DNA from: a phage
Sequence record: PV730300.1
Strand: one strand, 5' to 3'
Length of the DNA stretch: 64,000 nucleotides
The translations under genes were made by a program, and so were the position numbers. Positions 8,990 to 18,209 of the stretch are shown in pieces (positions within the stretch are counted from its first letter, which is position 1; the number at the start of each line of letters is the position of its first letter). The notes below the pieces were generated by a model. It did not search any database, had not been told where the DNA came from, and was given only the letters and a program-made list of their open reading frames with translations.

Positions 8990-9250
8990 TTGTGAATTGC
9001 TGGGACACCCTTAGAGCCACACTACCACTGCGAATCGAAAGATGAAGCCACGGTTTGAAAAGTGTGTGGATTGGGTAATCAGCAGCCAAGCTCCGTTTAG
9101 GAGAAGGTTCAACGACTATCCCGTAAGGGAGTAGGATCAAGTGGTCCGAAGCGCAAAGCGTCTCATGTAGATGAAGATATAGTCTAATCTGTAGGGAAAC
9201 TTACAGCAGCGAAAGCGGGGAAGAATTAACGAATCTTCCCGAATACAATG
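8990..9250 (+). ncRNA. Group I intron catalytic core (P3-P9)
   Basis: Recognisable conserved elements: P-like aattgctgggaca (8996-9008), Q-like aatcagcagcc (9077-9087), R-like gttcaacgactatc (9107-9120), S-like aagatatagtct (9174-9185); gactat/atagtc give 6-bp P7; GNRA-loop hairpins at 8964-8981 (GTGA) and 9189-9206 (GAAA); no long ORF. Confidence 0.7.
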
Positions 9251-9264
9251 CAAAAATTAGTAAC

Positions 9265-11220
9265 GTGGTTACGTTTAAGGTGGACAAGAACAGTCTCAAG
9301 GAAGCAAAAGATGCCGTGTTGAGTGTTCAGAAGTTTGCAAATAAAATGCAACCCACTATGAACATGACCAAGTTTAGACAACAAATGAAAGAGATTGAGC
9401 GTGAACTTAAGAAAGCTCAAACTCAAAGTCAAAAACCTATGCGAGCACCTACTCCCGCTGGAGCGGGTGCTCCTGTAGGTGGATCTGGCAGACCTAGAAC
9501 TCCTAAAACCCCGCAAGGAAGAGAAGAAGAAAAAGCTCGTAAAGCGGCTGAACGCGAAGCTAAAGCAGCAGCACGTAGGGAAGATTTAGGTAATCTTCGT
9601 TTGCAGAACTTTAACTACCGAGCAAAAGCATTTAGTAAAGCCAGTCCTGGCGCTATGCAAGAAGCTAGAGACGTTATGGGTAAAGCTGTAGAGCAATATA
9701 AGAAGGGTGAAATAACTCTTCAACGTATGAACCAAGCTCTTGCTCACCAGTTAGATGCTTTACGCAGATCTCATCGTGAAAAGAATGCTGAAATAGAAGA
9801 CGAGGTTCGCGGTCGTCGCCGTATTCGTAGAGAGCTAGAAGCAGAAGCTAAAATGCGTATACGTATGCGAAACCGTGAACTTAGAGATATAGAACGCAAC
9901 CGTAAGCGTGAATTAGCTCAGCAAAAACGTGATCGTGATCGTCGATATGGACAATTAAAAGAAGGTGCAGCAGGTCTTAATCCACGCATGATTGCATCCT
10001 CTTTGATAGGTGCTGGACTGTTTGCAGGTGGTTCTGTAGTTGGTAACACTTTGATGAATACTAACGAAAGAATTAAAATGGTTAGTCGCGGTGCTGAAAA
10101 CGTCCAAACGAATGCTAACTCTATTTTAACAATGACCGCATGGGGTGAACAAAACGGTGTAGACTCGGCAAATATCATTAAAGCAATAGATAACATTAAA
10201 GACGTTCGTGAACGTCTAGGTAATACCATGATGAACACCAAATGGAACGCAAAAGAAGGGAAATGGAAAGGTGGTGATAACGGTATTACTGATATTATGA
10301 ATGCTTTTGGTTGGAACCCCGATCAAATAAAACATTTGCAAAATGACCCGTTAGCTTTTATCCAAGCCACTGTTAATGAAGGCGAACGTCGAGGCATGAA
10401 CTCTGCTCAAATCGGGCGACTTCTTGAAAACCTTGGTGATGACCTTATGCACTACCAACGTATGTTTAGTAAAAACGGCGAAGGGTATAACGAAGTATTG
10501 AAAATGCTTCAAAGAACAGGTGCAACATTAACTCAAGAACAAATAGATGCTTCTAAAGAGTTTACTCGTTTTGCTGCAACAGTTCAGCTTGTAGGTCAAG
10601 GTATGCAGAACCATTTCCTGGAAGGTTTTGTAAAAGCTTTACCTAAAGATGATTCTTGGTTGGATAATGTTAAAGTGCTAGATCAGTTCGCCAAAGATTT
10701 AGGTGAAGAACTTGGTAAAACAACAGTTCAACTTGGTGGTTTTGCTAAAGAATTGGGAGATGGTTTCGGATCTTTTACCAATTGGCTTAAAGAAACATTC
10801 CCCGATACCTTCGGAGACAACACAGATCCTAATAAATCTATGGCACAAAAAGCATATGAGGCAACGCAAAGTGGAGACAGTAACCCTGTAGCAGATTGGT
10901 TGTACAATTTAACAGGTATTGATACACAAGATATTGGTCGTATGTGGAGAGGAGAGCAAACAAGGACACGTGCTTTTGGATTTGGTAATCCTCTTGAGGA
11001 TTTACGTGAATCAGCCTATACACCTAACGTAAGTTTGGCTCGTAATCAACCTGTTGTTGAGAATACGGTAGCAATACCAAGTGATCTTATCAAAGTTACG
11101 ATCAGCCCTTCTTCCGAGTTTGGAAATATTCTTGATGCAAGAATTCAAAACAGCGGAAATAGCATTTTCCAACGTTTGTCTCTTTCAACTCTAAGTGGAC
11201 AATCTAACACTGGTGGTTAA
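9265..11220 (+). CDS. Tail tape measure protein (probable 3' exon; true 5' end unresolved)
   Basis: 651 aa, charged helical N-terminal region, follows the chaperone frameshift pair; listed GTG start has no SD and the frame opens only at 9175 inside the intron core. Confidence 0.6.
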   Translation: MVTFKVDKNSLKEAKDAVLSVQKFANKMQPTMNMTKFRQQMKEIERELKKAQTQSQKPMRAPTPAGAGAPVGGSGRPRTPKTPQGREEEKARKAAEREAKAAARREDLGNLRLQNFNYRAKAFSKASPGAMQEARDVMGKAVEQYKKGEITLQRMNQALAHQLDALRRSHREKNAEIEDEVRGRRRIRRELEAEAKMRIRMRNRELRDIERNRKRELAQQKRDRDRRYGQLKEGAAGLNPRMIASSLIGAGLFAGGSVVGNTLMNTNERIKMVSRGAENVQTNANSILTMTAWGEQNGVDSANIIKAIDNIKDVRERLGNTMMNTKWNAKEGKWKGGDNGITDIMNAFGWNPDQIKHLQNDPLAFIQATVNEGERRGMNSAQIGRLLENLGDDLMHYQRMFSKNGEGYNEVLKMLQRTGATLTQEQIDASKEFTRFAATVQLVGQGMQNHFLEGFVKALPKDDSWLDNVKVLDQFAKDLGEELGKTTVQLGGFAKELGDGFGSFTNWLKETFPDTFGDNTDPNKSMAQKAYEATQSGDSNPVADWLYNLTGIDTQDIGRMWRGEQTRTRAFGFGNPLEDLRESAYTPNVSLARNQPVVENTVAIPSDLIKVTISPSSEFGNILDARIQNSGNSIFQRLSLSTLSGQSNTGG

Positions 11221-11227
11221 TAAAATA

Positions 11228-11254
11228 CCTCGCTTCGGCGGGGTTTTTTCGTTT
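11228..11254 (+). terminator. Rho-independent terminator after tape measure gene
   Basis: cctcgc-ttcg-gcgggg hairpin (UUCG loop) followed by ttttttcgttt. Confidence 0.65.
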
Positions 11255-11257
11255 CCC

Positions 11258-11287
11258 TTGACACGAAGTTTCTATATGTGTTACAAT
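11258..11287 (+). promoter_or_regulatory. Sigma70-like promoter candidate (TTGACA-N18-TACAAT) followed by leader hairpin
   Basis: Perfect -35 TTGACA 11258-11263, -10 TACAAT 11282-11287; 7-bp hairpin ggaagat/atcttcc plus tttt at 11298-11320 in the leader. Confidence 0.4.
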
Positions 11288-11346
11288 AATCAATATGGGA
11301 AGATCTTGCATCTTCCTTTTGGCATTATCATTACTACGAGGTTATC

Positions 11347-12054
11347 ATGGCAGCAATGACTCCACAACAGTCGGTGAGAGCCGTCTATAAGGCAGAACAG
11401 GAAATCAACTCTACCGAGAATAAAAATACCTCGGCATCTACCGTAAAGGGTGATAATGGTTTCTGTATTTTAGCAAGTGTTTATAATAGTTCAAGCGATC
11501 AATACATTCAAAACTTTAAAGCAATTACTTTCGATTCAGTCCCTGAAATAGGTGTAACTCGTGAAGCAGATGTTACAAGTTTTCCTGTGGAATCAGGATC
11601 GGATGTAAGTGACCACGTTCAAATAAAAAACAACAGATTTAAACTTTCAGGTATAATTACCGAAACACCAATTCGGCTTATGCGAGATCAATTATACAGT
11701 GCAGGTGTAAATGGGGCAAGGATTTCTCAAGCAATAGAATATCTAGATCAAATATTTGAGTCAAGACAACCAATAGTTCTTTTGACAGAACACAGAACTT
11801 TTGAAAATGTTATTCTCAAAGGCTACTCTTATGATTATAAATCTGAATTTGCTATGCAATTTGATTTAGAGTTCGAACAAATCCGTCTAGTCTCTAAGGC
11901 CACCACTAACGCTATCGCTGTAAAAACAGCACCAAATAAGTCAACTGGTGGTGATGTGAAAGGACAAGTTCCATCTGGCGGTCCTAAAGTGGATAACCCA
12001 ATTACAAGAAACACTGCGTCATCTACTGGAACACCAACTAATACGGGGAATTAA
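11347..12054 (+). CDS. Tail / baseplate structural protein
   Basis: 235 aa ORF immediately after tape measure gene with AGG-rich SD. Confidence 0.4.
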   Translation: MAAMTPQQSVRAVYKAEQEINSTENKNTSASTVKGDNGFCILASVYNSSSDQYIQNFKAITFDSVPEIGVTREADVTSFPVESGSDVSDHVQIKNNRFKLSGIITETPIRLMRDQLYSAGVNGARISQAIEYLDQIFESRQPIVLLTEHRTFENVILKGYSYDYKSEFAMQFDLEFEQIRLVSKATTNAIAVKTAPNKSTGGDVKGQVPSGGPKVDNPITRNTASSTGTPTNTGN

Positions 12055-12056
12055 TA

Positions 12057-12470
12057 ATGGCAACATATTCTAAGACAACCCGATCTACAAGCAACTCTGG
12101 TTATAGTGCAGTATATTTAGAAGATCATTCAACATACTTTGCGTGGTATTTGAAAACAGAGGAATATCCAGATCAAACTTATACGGTAACTTTAGATGGG
12201 GTTGATTACGACATTCGTTTAAGGTGGAACACTAGGGACGAGTCTTGGCAATGTCAAATAGGGCTGTCTGGAGACGATCCAAGTATTACTTTTAAAGTTA
12301 CAAATGGTTTAGATCTTCTTAAACCTTATAAATATCTTGAAAGTGTGCCAGATGGTCAATTATATATAGTAGATACAGTCAAGATTAATGGTCGTCCTGG
12401 GTATACAACTACAGGTCGAGATAAACGTTTTGTATTGGTTTATATTGATAACAAACCTAATCAGGCGTAA
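12057..12470 (+). CDS. Tail / baseplate structural protein
   Basis: 137 aa ORF, tightly coupled to neighbours. Confidence 0.4.
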   Translation: MATYSKTTRSTSNSGYSAVYLEDHSTYFAWYLKTEEYPDQTYTVTLDGVDYDIRLRWNTRDESWQCQIGLSGDDPSITFKVTNGLDLLKPYKYLESVPDGQLYIVDTVKINGRPGYTTTGRDKRFVLVYIDNKPNQA

Positions 12471-12479
12471 GGAGATAAT

Positions 12480-13490
12480 ATGGCAGAAAGAGAGTATACA
12501 AAAGCTCCTGCCCCTAATTTAAACAGGGCATACAAATTATTAATTGGTTCTGCCACAAACACAATACAGAAGAGAACTAAGAACTCGGCATTTAAATCTA
12601 CAGTAGATTTGGATACCAAGTTAGGGACAACAGAAAAATCCTCTTCTAATTTGTATTTGTTGCAAGACCATCAAATAACCTTCAGTATTAAGAAAGATAA
12701 TAACAAAGATCCTAACCAAGCAGAGATTGTAGTTTATAACCTTTCGGATGATACTGTTAACTATATAAACCGTGGTATCCGAAATAACTTGGCTGTTGCT
12801 TTAGCGGTAGGATACGAAGGTGAAGAGTTGGTTATGATCTTCAAAGGAACTATCCAGTGGGTTAGTGATACTTTTGACTCGGTAGACAGGAAAACCACTT
12901 TACACTGTTTAGATGGCGGTATTAACATTGCAGAAGCAAGAACAAGCCGCAGTTATCCAAAAGGAACTAAAATAAAACGTGTTGTGACAGATTTAGTAAA
13001 GGATTTAGGAACTACAGAAGGTAATATACACGTAGATAATGATCAAACCTTATCCTCAGCAACAGCTATGTGTGGAAACACTTCACATTACCTAGAACAT
13101 ATTTGTAAAAGTATTGATCACAATGTGTCAATACAAGATGGATCTGTTTATGTCACTCCTCGTTCACAAATGTCTAGTGCACGTAGCGCCTATATTAGCC
13201 CTGAAACTGGTCTGATAGGAAGTCCAGAACCATTCCACAACGATATAAAACCTACTAAAAAAGTTACCAAGTCCTCTAAGAAGGCAAAGAAACCTACAGA
13301 TGGTGTTAAATTCAAATGCCAAATGAATGGTGCAATATTACCAGAAAAAACAATCTGGTTAAAAAGCCGAGATTATGATGGTCCATTTAAAGTTGTTTCT
13401 GTTTCTCACAATGGTGATAAAGAGGGTAAAGAGTGGGTTACTGAAGTGGAGTGTGTATCCGTGTCTGAAATAATGACTAAGGAGAAATAA
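12480..13490 (+). CDS. Baseplate hub-like protein
   Basis: 336 aa ORF directly upstream of the spike gene; position-based call. Confidence 0.4.
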   Translation: MAEREYTKAPAPNLNRAYKLLIGSATNTIQKRTKNSAFKSTVDLDTKLGTTEKSSSNLYLLQDHQITFSIKKDNNKDPNQAEIVVYNLSDDTVNYINRGIRNNLAVALAVGYEGEELVMIFKGTIQWVSDTFDSVDRKTTLHCLDGGINIAEARTSRSYPKGTKIKRVVTDLVKDLGTTEGNIHVDNDQTLSSATAMCGNTSHYLEHICKSIDHNVSIQDGSVYVTPRSQMSSARSAYISPETGLIGSPEPFHNDIKPTKKVTKSSKKAKKPTDGVKFKCQMNGAILPEKTIWLKSRDYDGPFKVVSVSHNGDKEGKEWVTEVECVSVSEIMTKEK

Positions 13491-14224
13491 TGGATGCATT
13501 GAATTTTGTCACAGCAATGCGTGGCTTAATGACAGAACAATTAGCAGAAGTCCATACAGCCCTGCCAGTCCGTGTGACTGGTGTTAATTATGGTGCTAAG
13601 ACTGTCACCTTAGAATCTATTGTTAAAAACACACGATCTAGCGAAGATGAAATAGATTACCCTACTTTTGAAGATGTTCCTTTTATGGTTAATGGTGGTG
13701 GGACAGGAAGAATCTCATTCCCTATTAAAGCTGGCGATTTAGGAACTGTTATATTTTCTGAAAGAGATCCTTCTAATGCACTGCAAACTAATGGGGAAAC
13801 CTCTTCATCATCCACTTTTATGCAACCTTGTGGATTATACCCTATTTGTTTTATTCCCAAAATAGCTACAGGAACAGATTCAACAGAAGCTGTAGATTCT
13901 GAAAAGGTAGTTATTTCTAATAACAAAAACACGTACGCTTCTTTCGACCCTACAGGTAATATCTCAATATGGAATAGTCAAGGGATGAAAATAGATATTA
14001 CTACCTCCGGTATTACTATTACAGATGGCACAGGGACTTTGGATCTAAAAGGTGGTAATTTAACTTTCAAAGGCGGCGTGGCAGATATCAATGGTCTTAA
14101 AATAGATCAGAACGGTTTGATGACAGATGGCAATGGCATCGGATTCCATACTCACACGCACACGGTTCGTAACATTCAGAGCGGTAACTCAAGTGCCGAG
14201 TCCTTAAAACCAACAGGAGCCTAA
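13490..14224 (+). CDS. Baseplate central spike protein (P2 gpV / Mu gp45-like)
   Basis: 244 aa; Gly/Thr-rich beta-helical C-terminus ending in His cluster GIGFHTHTHTV, resembling the metal-binding spike apex of gpV-type proteins. Confidence 0.55.
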   Translation: MDALNFVTAMRGLMTEQLAEVHTALPVRVTGVNYGAKTVTLESIVKNTRSSEDEIDYPTFEDVPFMVNGGGTGRISFPIKAGDLGTVIFSERDPSNALQTNGETSSSSTFMQPCGLYPICFIPKIATGTDSTEAVDSEKVVISNNKNTYASFDPTGNISIWNSQGMKIDITTSGITITDGTGTLDLKGGNLTFKGGVADINGLKIDQNGLMTDGNGIGFHTHTHTVRNIQSGNSSAESLKPTGA

Positions 14225-14225
14225 C

Positions 14226-14852
14226 ATGGGAATCCCTTTTGACTTAAAACTTGGGCCAAACAACGACCTCATCATGGATGATGGGGATTTGGTCCTCACT
14301 ACAACCAGAACAGAAATTGCAGCACAAACTCTTGGGATAACTCTGAACACGTATCGTGGAGAGTGGTTTTTAAATACTAACTTCGGTGTTCCTTACTTAC
14401 AAGAGATTATTGGTGTTGCTAGAAAGAAAGATATTGTAGACAGAATATTTTTAGCAGAGATTGCCAAAAACGTTTACATAGATACAATAAACAGTTATAA
14501 ATCTGCTTATGATATGGACCAACGTTATTATTCAATGACAGTTATGGTCACAGTTGGAGCAGATACAGTAACATCTATATTCAATACTCAACCTTCTGAA
14601 GAGTTTATTTACCCTGAAGCTGGCGAAGACAATGCAGCGATCATTTGTGAAGCTTACAGTATTGTTGAGAATTCGAATAGACTTTATCGCTTTATCAACT
14701 TTGTTGGTTTGCCACGTGATACCTACTCTACTTGGTGGAATGAATGGTCTACAGAGTCAGCAGTGGAAAGAATCATGGTTAACGAAAAAGGTGATGCATT
14801 AGCTACAAACAATGATTTCGGTATAACAGCTATGACAGGAGTAGAAGAGTAA
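14226..14852 (+). CDS. Baseplate wedge protein (gp25 / gpW-like N-terminal domain)
   Basis: N-terminal RTEIAAQTLGITLNTYRGEWFLNTNFGVPYLQEIIG fits the gp25/gpW-family pattern as I recall it; follows spike gene. Confidence 0.45.
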   Translation: MGIPFDLKLGPNNDLIMDDGDLVLTTTRTEIAAQTLGITLNTYRGEWFLNTNFGVPYLQEIIGVARKKDIVDRIFLAEIAKNVYIDTINSYKSAYDMDQRYYSMTVMVTVGADTVTSIFNTQPSEEFIYPEAGEDNAAIICEAYSIVENSNRLYRFINFVGLPRDTYSTWWNEWSTESAVERIMVNEKGDALATNNDFGITAMTGVEE

Positions 14853-15325
14853 TGGCAGATTTAACTACGATCAAAATTTCTGATCTTACACAAACAACCT
14901 CTGTGTCTGATACAGATTTCTTTGTAACAGATCAGGCTGGAATAACAAAGAAAACTTCTTTGAAAGTGCTGTTGAGTGGTGCAGGGGTAACTAGAAACCG
15001 TCTGAATGCACGGGGAACAGTAACTAGCACCTTGGTATTAGATATTAGTTCGGCAGAATATTTTTCAGCAACTTTATCTTCTGCAACGTGCACAATTAGT
15101 TTTACTAATATTCCAGTAGCAACAAATGCAGTTTTAAACTTTACTTTAGCTTTGCGTCAAGGAAGTGGTGCAAATAAAGTCGTATGGCCTTCTTCTGTAA
15201 AATGGAGTTTTGGTCGTTCCCCAGTTTTGAGTTATCGTCAAGGTGCAACAGACACTTTTGAGTTTATCAGTTATGATAATGGAGCAACTTGGACAGGTAG
15301 CTTAGTTTTAGCAGGAGTTATTTAA
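14852..15325 (+). CDS. Baseplate / tail structural protein
   Basis: 157 aa ORF with overlapping stop-start to both neighbours. Confidence 0.4.
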   Translation: MADLTTIKISDLTQTTSVSDTDFFVTDQAGITKKTSLKVLLSGAGVTRNRLNARGTVTSTLVLDISSAEYFSATLSSATCTISFTNIPVATNAVLNFTLALRQGSGANKVVWPSSVKWSFGRSPVLSYRQGATDTFEFISYDNGATWTGSLVLAGVI

Positions 15326-18201
15326 TGTCAAGAGTTAAGCACAATATTGACAACACGTTTCAGTTGATTGAAGGGTTGGTTCAGTTTTTGGAAAGAAATA
15401 CTGGGCTTACCATAGATCCTACGGTTCAGCATTACATTATCAACCCACAAAACGTATTGGCGAACAACAGACACTTTATTAACTGGACAGCGCAGGAAGG
15501 GCAACCAAACGGTGACGCTACTACCGAAGGTCAATCTGTGCTTATCACTGGTTTTGCTTATGCATATTTGGCTACAGGGGATAAAAAATATCTTGAATCT
15601 GCCGAGAAGTATTGGCAAGCCTATATAGATCACTTCTTCGGGGGCCAACCTATTCCTGATCCTCCGGCTAAGTATCGTCCCAACTGGATCATCAATGGTA
15701 AAGAACCACGTTTAGCACATTACCCTCTCACAGATGATGGGTATCCTACGCACGGCGGGTTCAAAGGTAGCATGATGACTTGGATTAACGGAAGGACTGT
15801 TATTCCTAAAGGTGCACCGCATTGGGGGGAATACTTAGATAAAGCTTGGTTTGCTTTCAATGGCAATCTTGGTTGGAACTCCGTTAACGCAACAGTGTAT
15901 GCAACTAACCCAGATGGTTCAACCAACTGGAAAGAATATGGAGATCAGTGGGACGTTGAATGGATTATAGATCGTCTAGGACGTAAAGTTGACTGGGATG
16001 GTAACATTTTATCCACTGGGCATAGCTTTGCAGAATATGGAACAGTGCAACTTAAAAACGCTTCTGTGAACGGTGACTATAAATTCAACTACGCTACATG
16101 CAACCCTGTAGAACACGGTGGATATCTGCTTAAGCGTAATGAGATGTGGCATAACCGTCCTGTAAACGTTCCGGTAGAGTTAGGTTATCAAGACAATGCT
16201 TCCGATGCTGAAACGTGGTGGTGTGATGCAAACTACTTGATGTATCAGATCACAGGAGAGAGAAAATACTGGCTTTGCTGGCAATCTTCTTTATTGTTGT
16301 GTCAAGACTACTCAAACATTGATATGTTTGATAAATTCTTCCGTAGATCTACGACAGCAATAATTCCTTTTACAGATGGTATCTCGTATGATTACTCATA
16401 CCCATCTACAGCAATACCTAAATATTCTCGTGACGAATTAGGATACACAGTAATTCGCCAAGATGTTTCAGCACAAACAACTCTAGAACAACAGGCAGTT
16501 TGGTTCAGAGTAGATCAGAATTCAAAACTGCGTATTGAGTTTCAAGGTGTAGATGATGCAGGGGAAGGTGTTCTTTTCCGTCCAGAGCTAGAATTAAGCA
16601 AAACTAAGAGTGAAACAGACACAGTGACATATCGTTGTGGCTTACCTCTTGGTGCAGCTAATATGACTAAGATGGATATACCTTTATCTAGTTTTATGCG
16701 CACTGAACCTCCTGGAGGTGGTGTATATATTATTGCTGAACCTAGAATCATTGTTGACTGGGGAAGCAATACTGTGATACAATATAAATATGCAACTGGT
16801 ATTGCTGGGACAAATAGTGATCAGATAGTTTCTGCTAATATGGATTCAGATGGTGGTTTTACTATTGGGTTTTGGTTAACACCAACTAAAACAACCAATT
16901 TAAAATCTATTACGTATCGTTCATACGCAGATGATTTTAACATCACTATTACGGATTCCGCAGGTTGGAGATGGTGGGCCATGTTAGAAAAAACAAATTC
17001 TGCATGGGTTACTAAAGCTTTAAGTCCTGCTGATTTCAAATTAAGTACTTGGCAACCTAATCACAATGACACAGAGACAAAACCTTCGTCAATAAACCTG
17101 ACTGCTGTTGATCAGATGAACATTGCATTGGATTCTGAACCTGCAAATGGCTTGACAGGGGCAATCGACTTTTATTGCGTTAACGATATCCCATCTTTGT
17201 ATTCTTCAGCCGCTGGTGATGATTACACAATGTATTTCAGGGTTACAGTTTCATCTGAAAATCCTTATACAGCAAAACTTGGAGATTGTACAATACTGGA
17301 CTACAAACTTGACAGTTTGAATTATACTCCAGGAATCATTCCATTTTCCAATATTAGTGATCCTAACACAGCATTATATGATGGTTGGCGTGGTATTCCT
17401 TACCCAGGTTATCAGTATCCATCCTTATATTGTTTTAAAGGGAGAGATATTGACTGGGTTCGTATGAACAACAGTATAGACTTTTTATATGATTCACAAA
17501 TGTGGTTTTATAATAAGTTTGCCCCTGTAATGCCTGGGCCAATGGCACAAGCTTATGTTTGGGATCGTTGGGATGCTCATAAATATGGAAACAAAAATGA
17601 GTTCACAATGTATCATTGGAACGATAAAGCTTGGGATGGTTATGAAGCAAGAGCATTCTTCTGTGCGTGTCATACGGTATACGAACTAAAGCGACGAGGA
17701 GCCGAAGTTCCTGAAAAACTTTTAACAGTTTGTAAAAACTGGATCAACTATCTGAAATGGTTCCAAGATAACAACGAAGGAAGAACACCAACAATATTTT
17801 ATCCCAATGGAGAAGTGGCTGCGCCTGTAGATGACTTTACAAGTCACATGTCTGCGCTCTTTATGGCGGGATGTGCTATAATGGGGATGGCTGGATATGA
17901 TTCAGAAATTCCTAACATTAAAATAGTAGCAGACCGCTGTTTTGAACTTATTCAGGAAAACTATATTGTTCTTGGTCCTAATCACGTCATGAATGGTTGT
18001 TGGAGTGCTGCTCCTAGACCAGACAGTGATAACGGAGTCTTCTTTGGCTTCCACGCTGGAGAGTTGTTACGTGGTTTTGGGTTGTATGCCTTATACAAAA
18101 AACTTAATCCCCAAAATGCATTACCTGTTTTGGATTCGAGCAATATTCCTGCACTTACTGTTTTGACAATGGCAAACATTAGTGTGGACGTTACCAAGTA
18201 A
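15325..18201 (+). CDS. Large baseplate or fibre-associated structural protein
   Basis: 958 aa, Trp/Tyr/Asn-rich, within baseplate cluster; no motif recognised. Confidence 0.45.
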   Translation: MSRVKHNIDNTFQLIEGLVQFLERNTGLTIDPTVQHYIINPQNVLANNRHFINWTAQEGQPNGDATTEGQSVLITGFAYAYLATGDKKYLESAEKYWQAYIDHFFGGQPIPDPPAKYRPNWIINGKEPRLAHYPLTDDGYPTHGGFKGSMMTWINGRTVIPKGAPHWGEYLDKAWFAFNGNLGWNSVNATVYATNPDGSTNWKEYGDQWDVEWIIDRLGRKVDWDGNILSTGHSFAEYGTVQLKNASVNGDYKFNYATCNPVEHGGYLLKRNEMWHNRPVNVPVELGYQDNASDAETWWCDANYLMYQITGERKYWLCWQSSLLLCQDYSNIDMFDKFFRRSTTAIIPFTDGISYDYSYPSTAIPKYSRDELGYTVIRQDVSAQTTLEQQAVWFRVDQNSKLRIEFQGVDDAGEGVLFRPELELSKTKSETDTVTYRCGLPLGAANMTKMDIPLSSFMRTEPPGGGVYIIAEPRIIVDWGSNTVIQYKYATGIAGTNSDQIVSANMDSDGGFTIGFWLTPTKTTNLKSITYRSYADDFNITITDSAGWRWWAMLEKTNSAWVTKALSPADFKLSTWQPNHNDTETKPSSINLTAVDQMNIALDSEPANGLTGAIDFYCVNDIPSLYSSAAGDDYTMYFRVTVSSENPYTAKLGDCTILDYKLDSLNYTPGIIPFSNISDPNTALYDGWRGIPYPGYQYPSLYCFKGRDIDWVRMNNSIDFLYDSQMWFYNKFAPVMPGPMAQAYVWDRWDAHKYGNKNEFTMYHWNDKAWDGYEARAFFCACHTVYELKRRGAEVPEKLLTVCKNWINYLKWFQDNNEGRTPTIFYPNGEVAAPVDDFTSHMSALFMAGCAIMGMAGYDSEIPNIKIVADRCFELIQENYIVLGPNHVMNGCWSAAPRPDSDNGVFFGFHAGELLRGFGLYALYKKLNPQNALPVLDSSNIPALTVLTMANISVDVTK

Positions 18202-18209
18202 GGGGTAAA

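Larger units (their letters stand above)
7570..9264 (+). mobile_element. Group I intron with associated endonuclease gene (boundaries approximate, splice sites unresolved)
   Basis: Endonuclease-like ORF followed by canonical group I core; inserted between tail chaperone and tape measure genes. Confidence 0.5.

Noticed and set aside
8964-9014. Mini-ORF (ATG 8964 with GGGG upstream) inside the intron
   Set aside because: Only 16 codons and it overlaps the P2-like hairpin and P element; the ATG is part of the atgtgta/tacacat stem.
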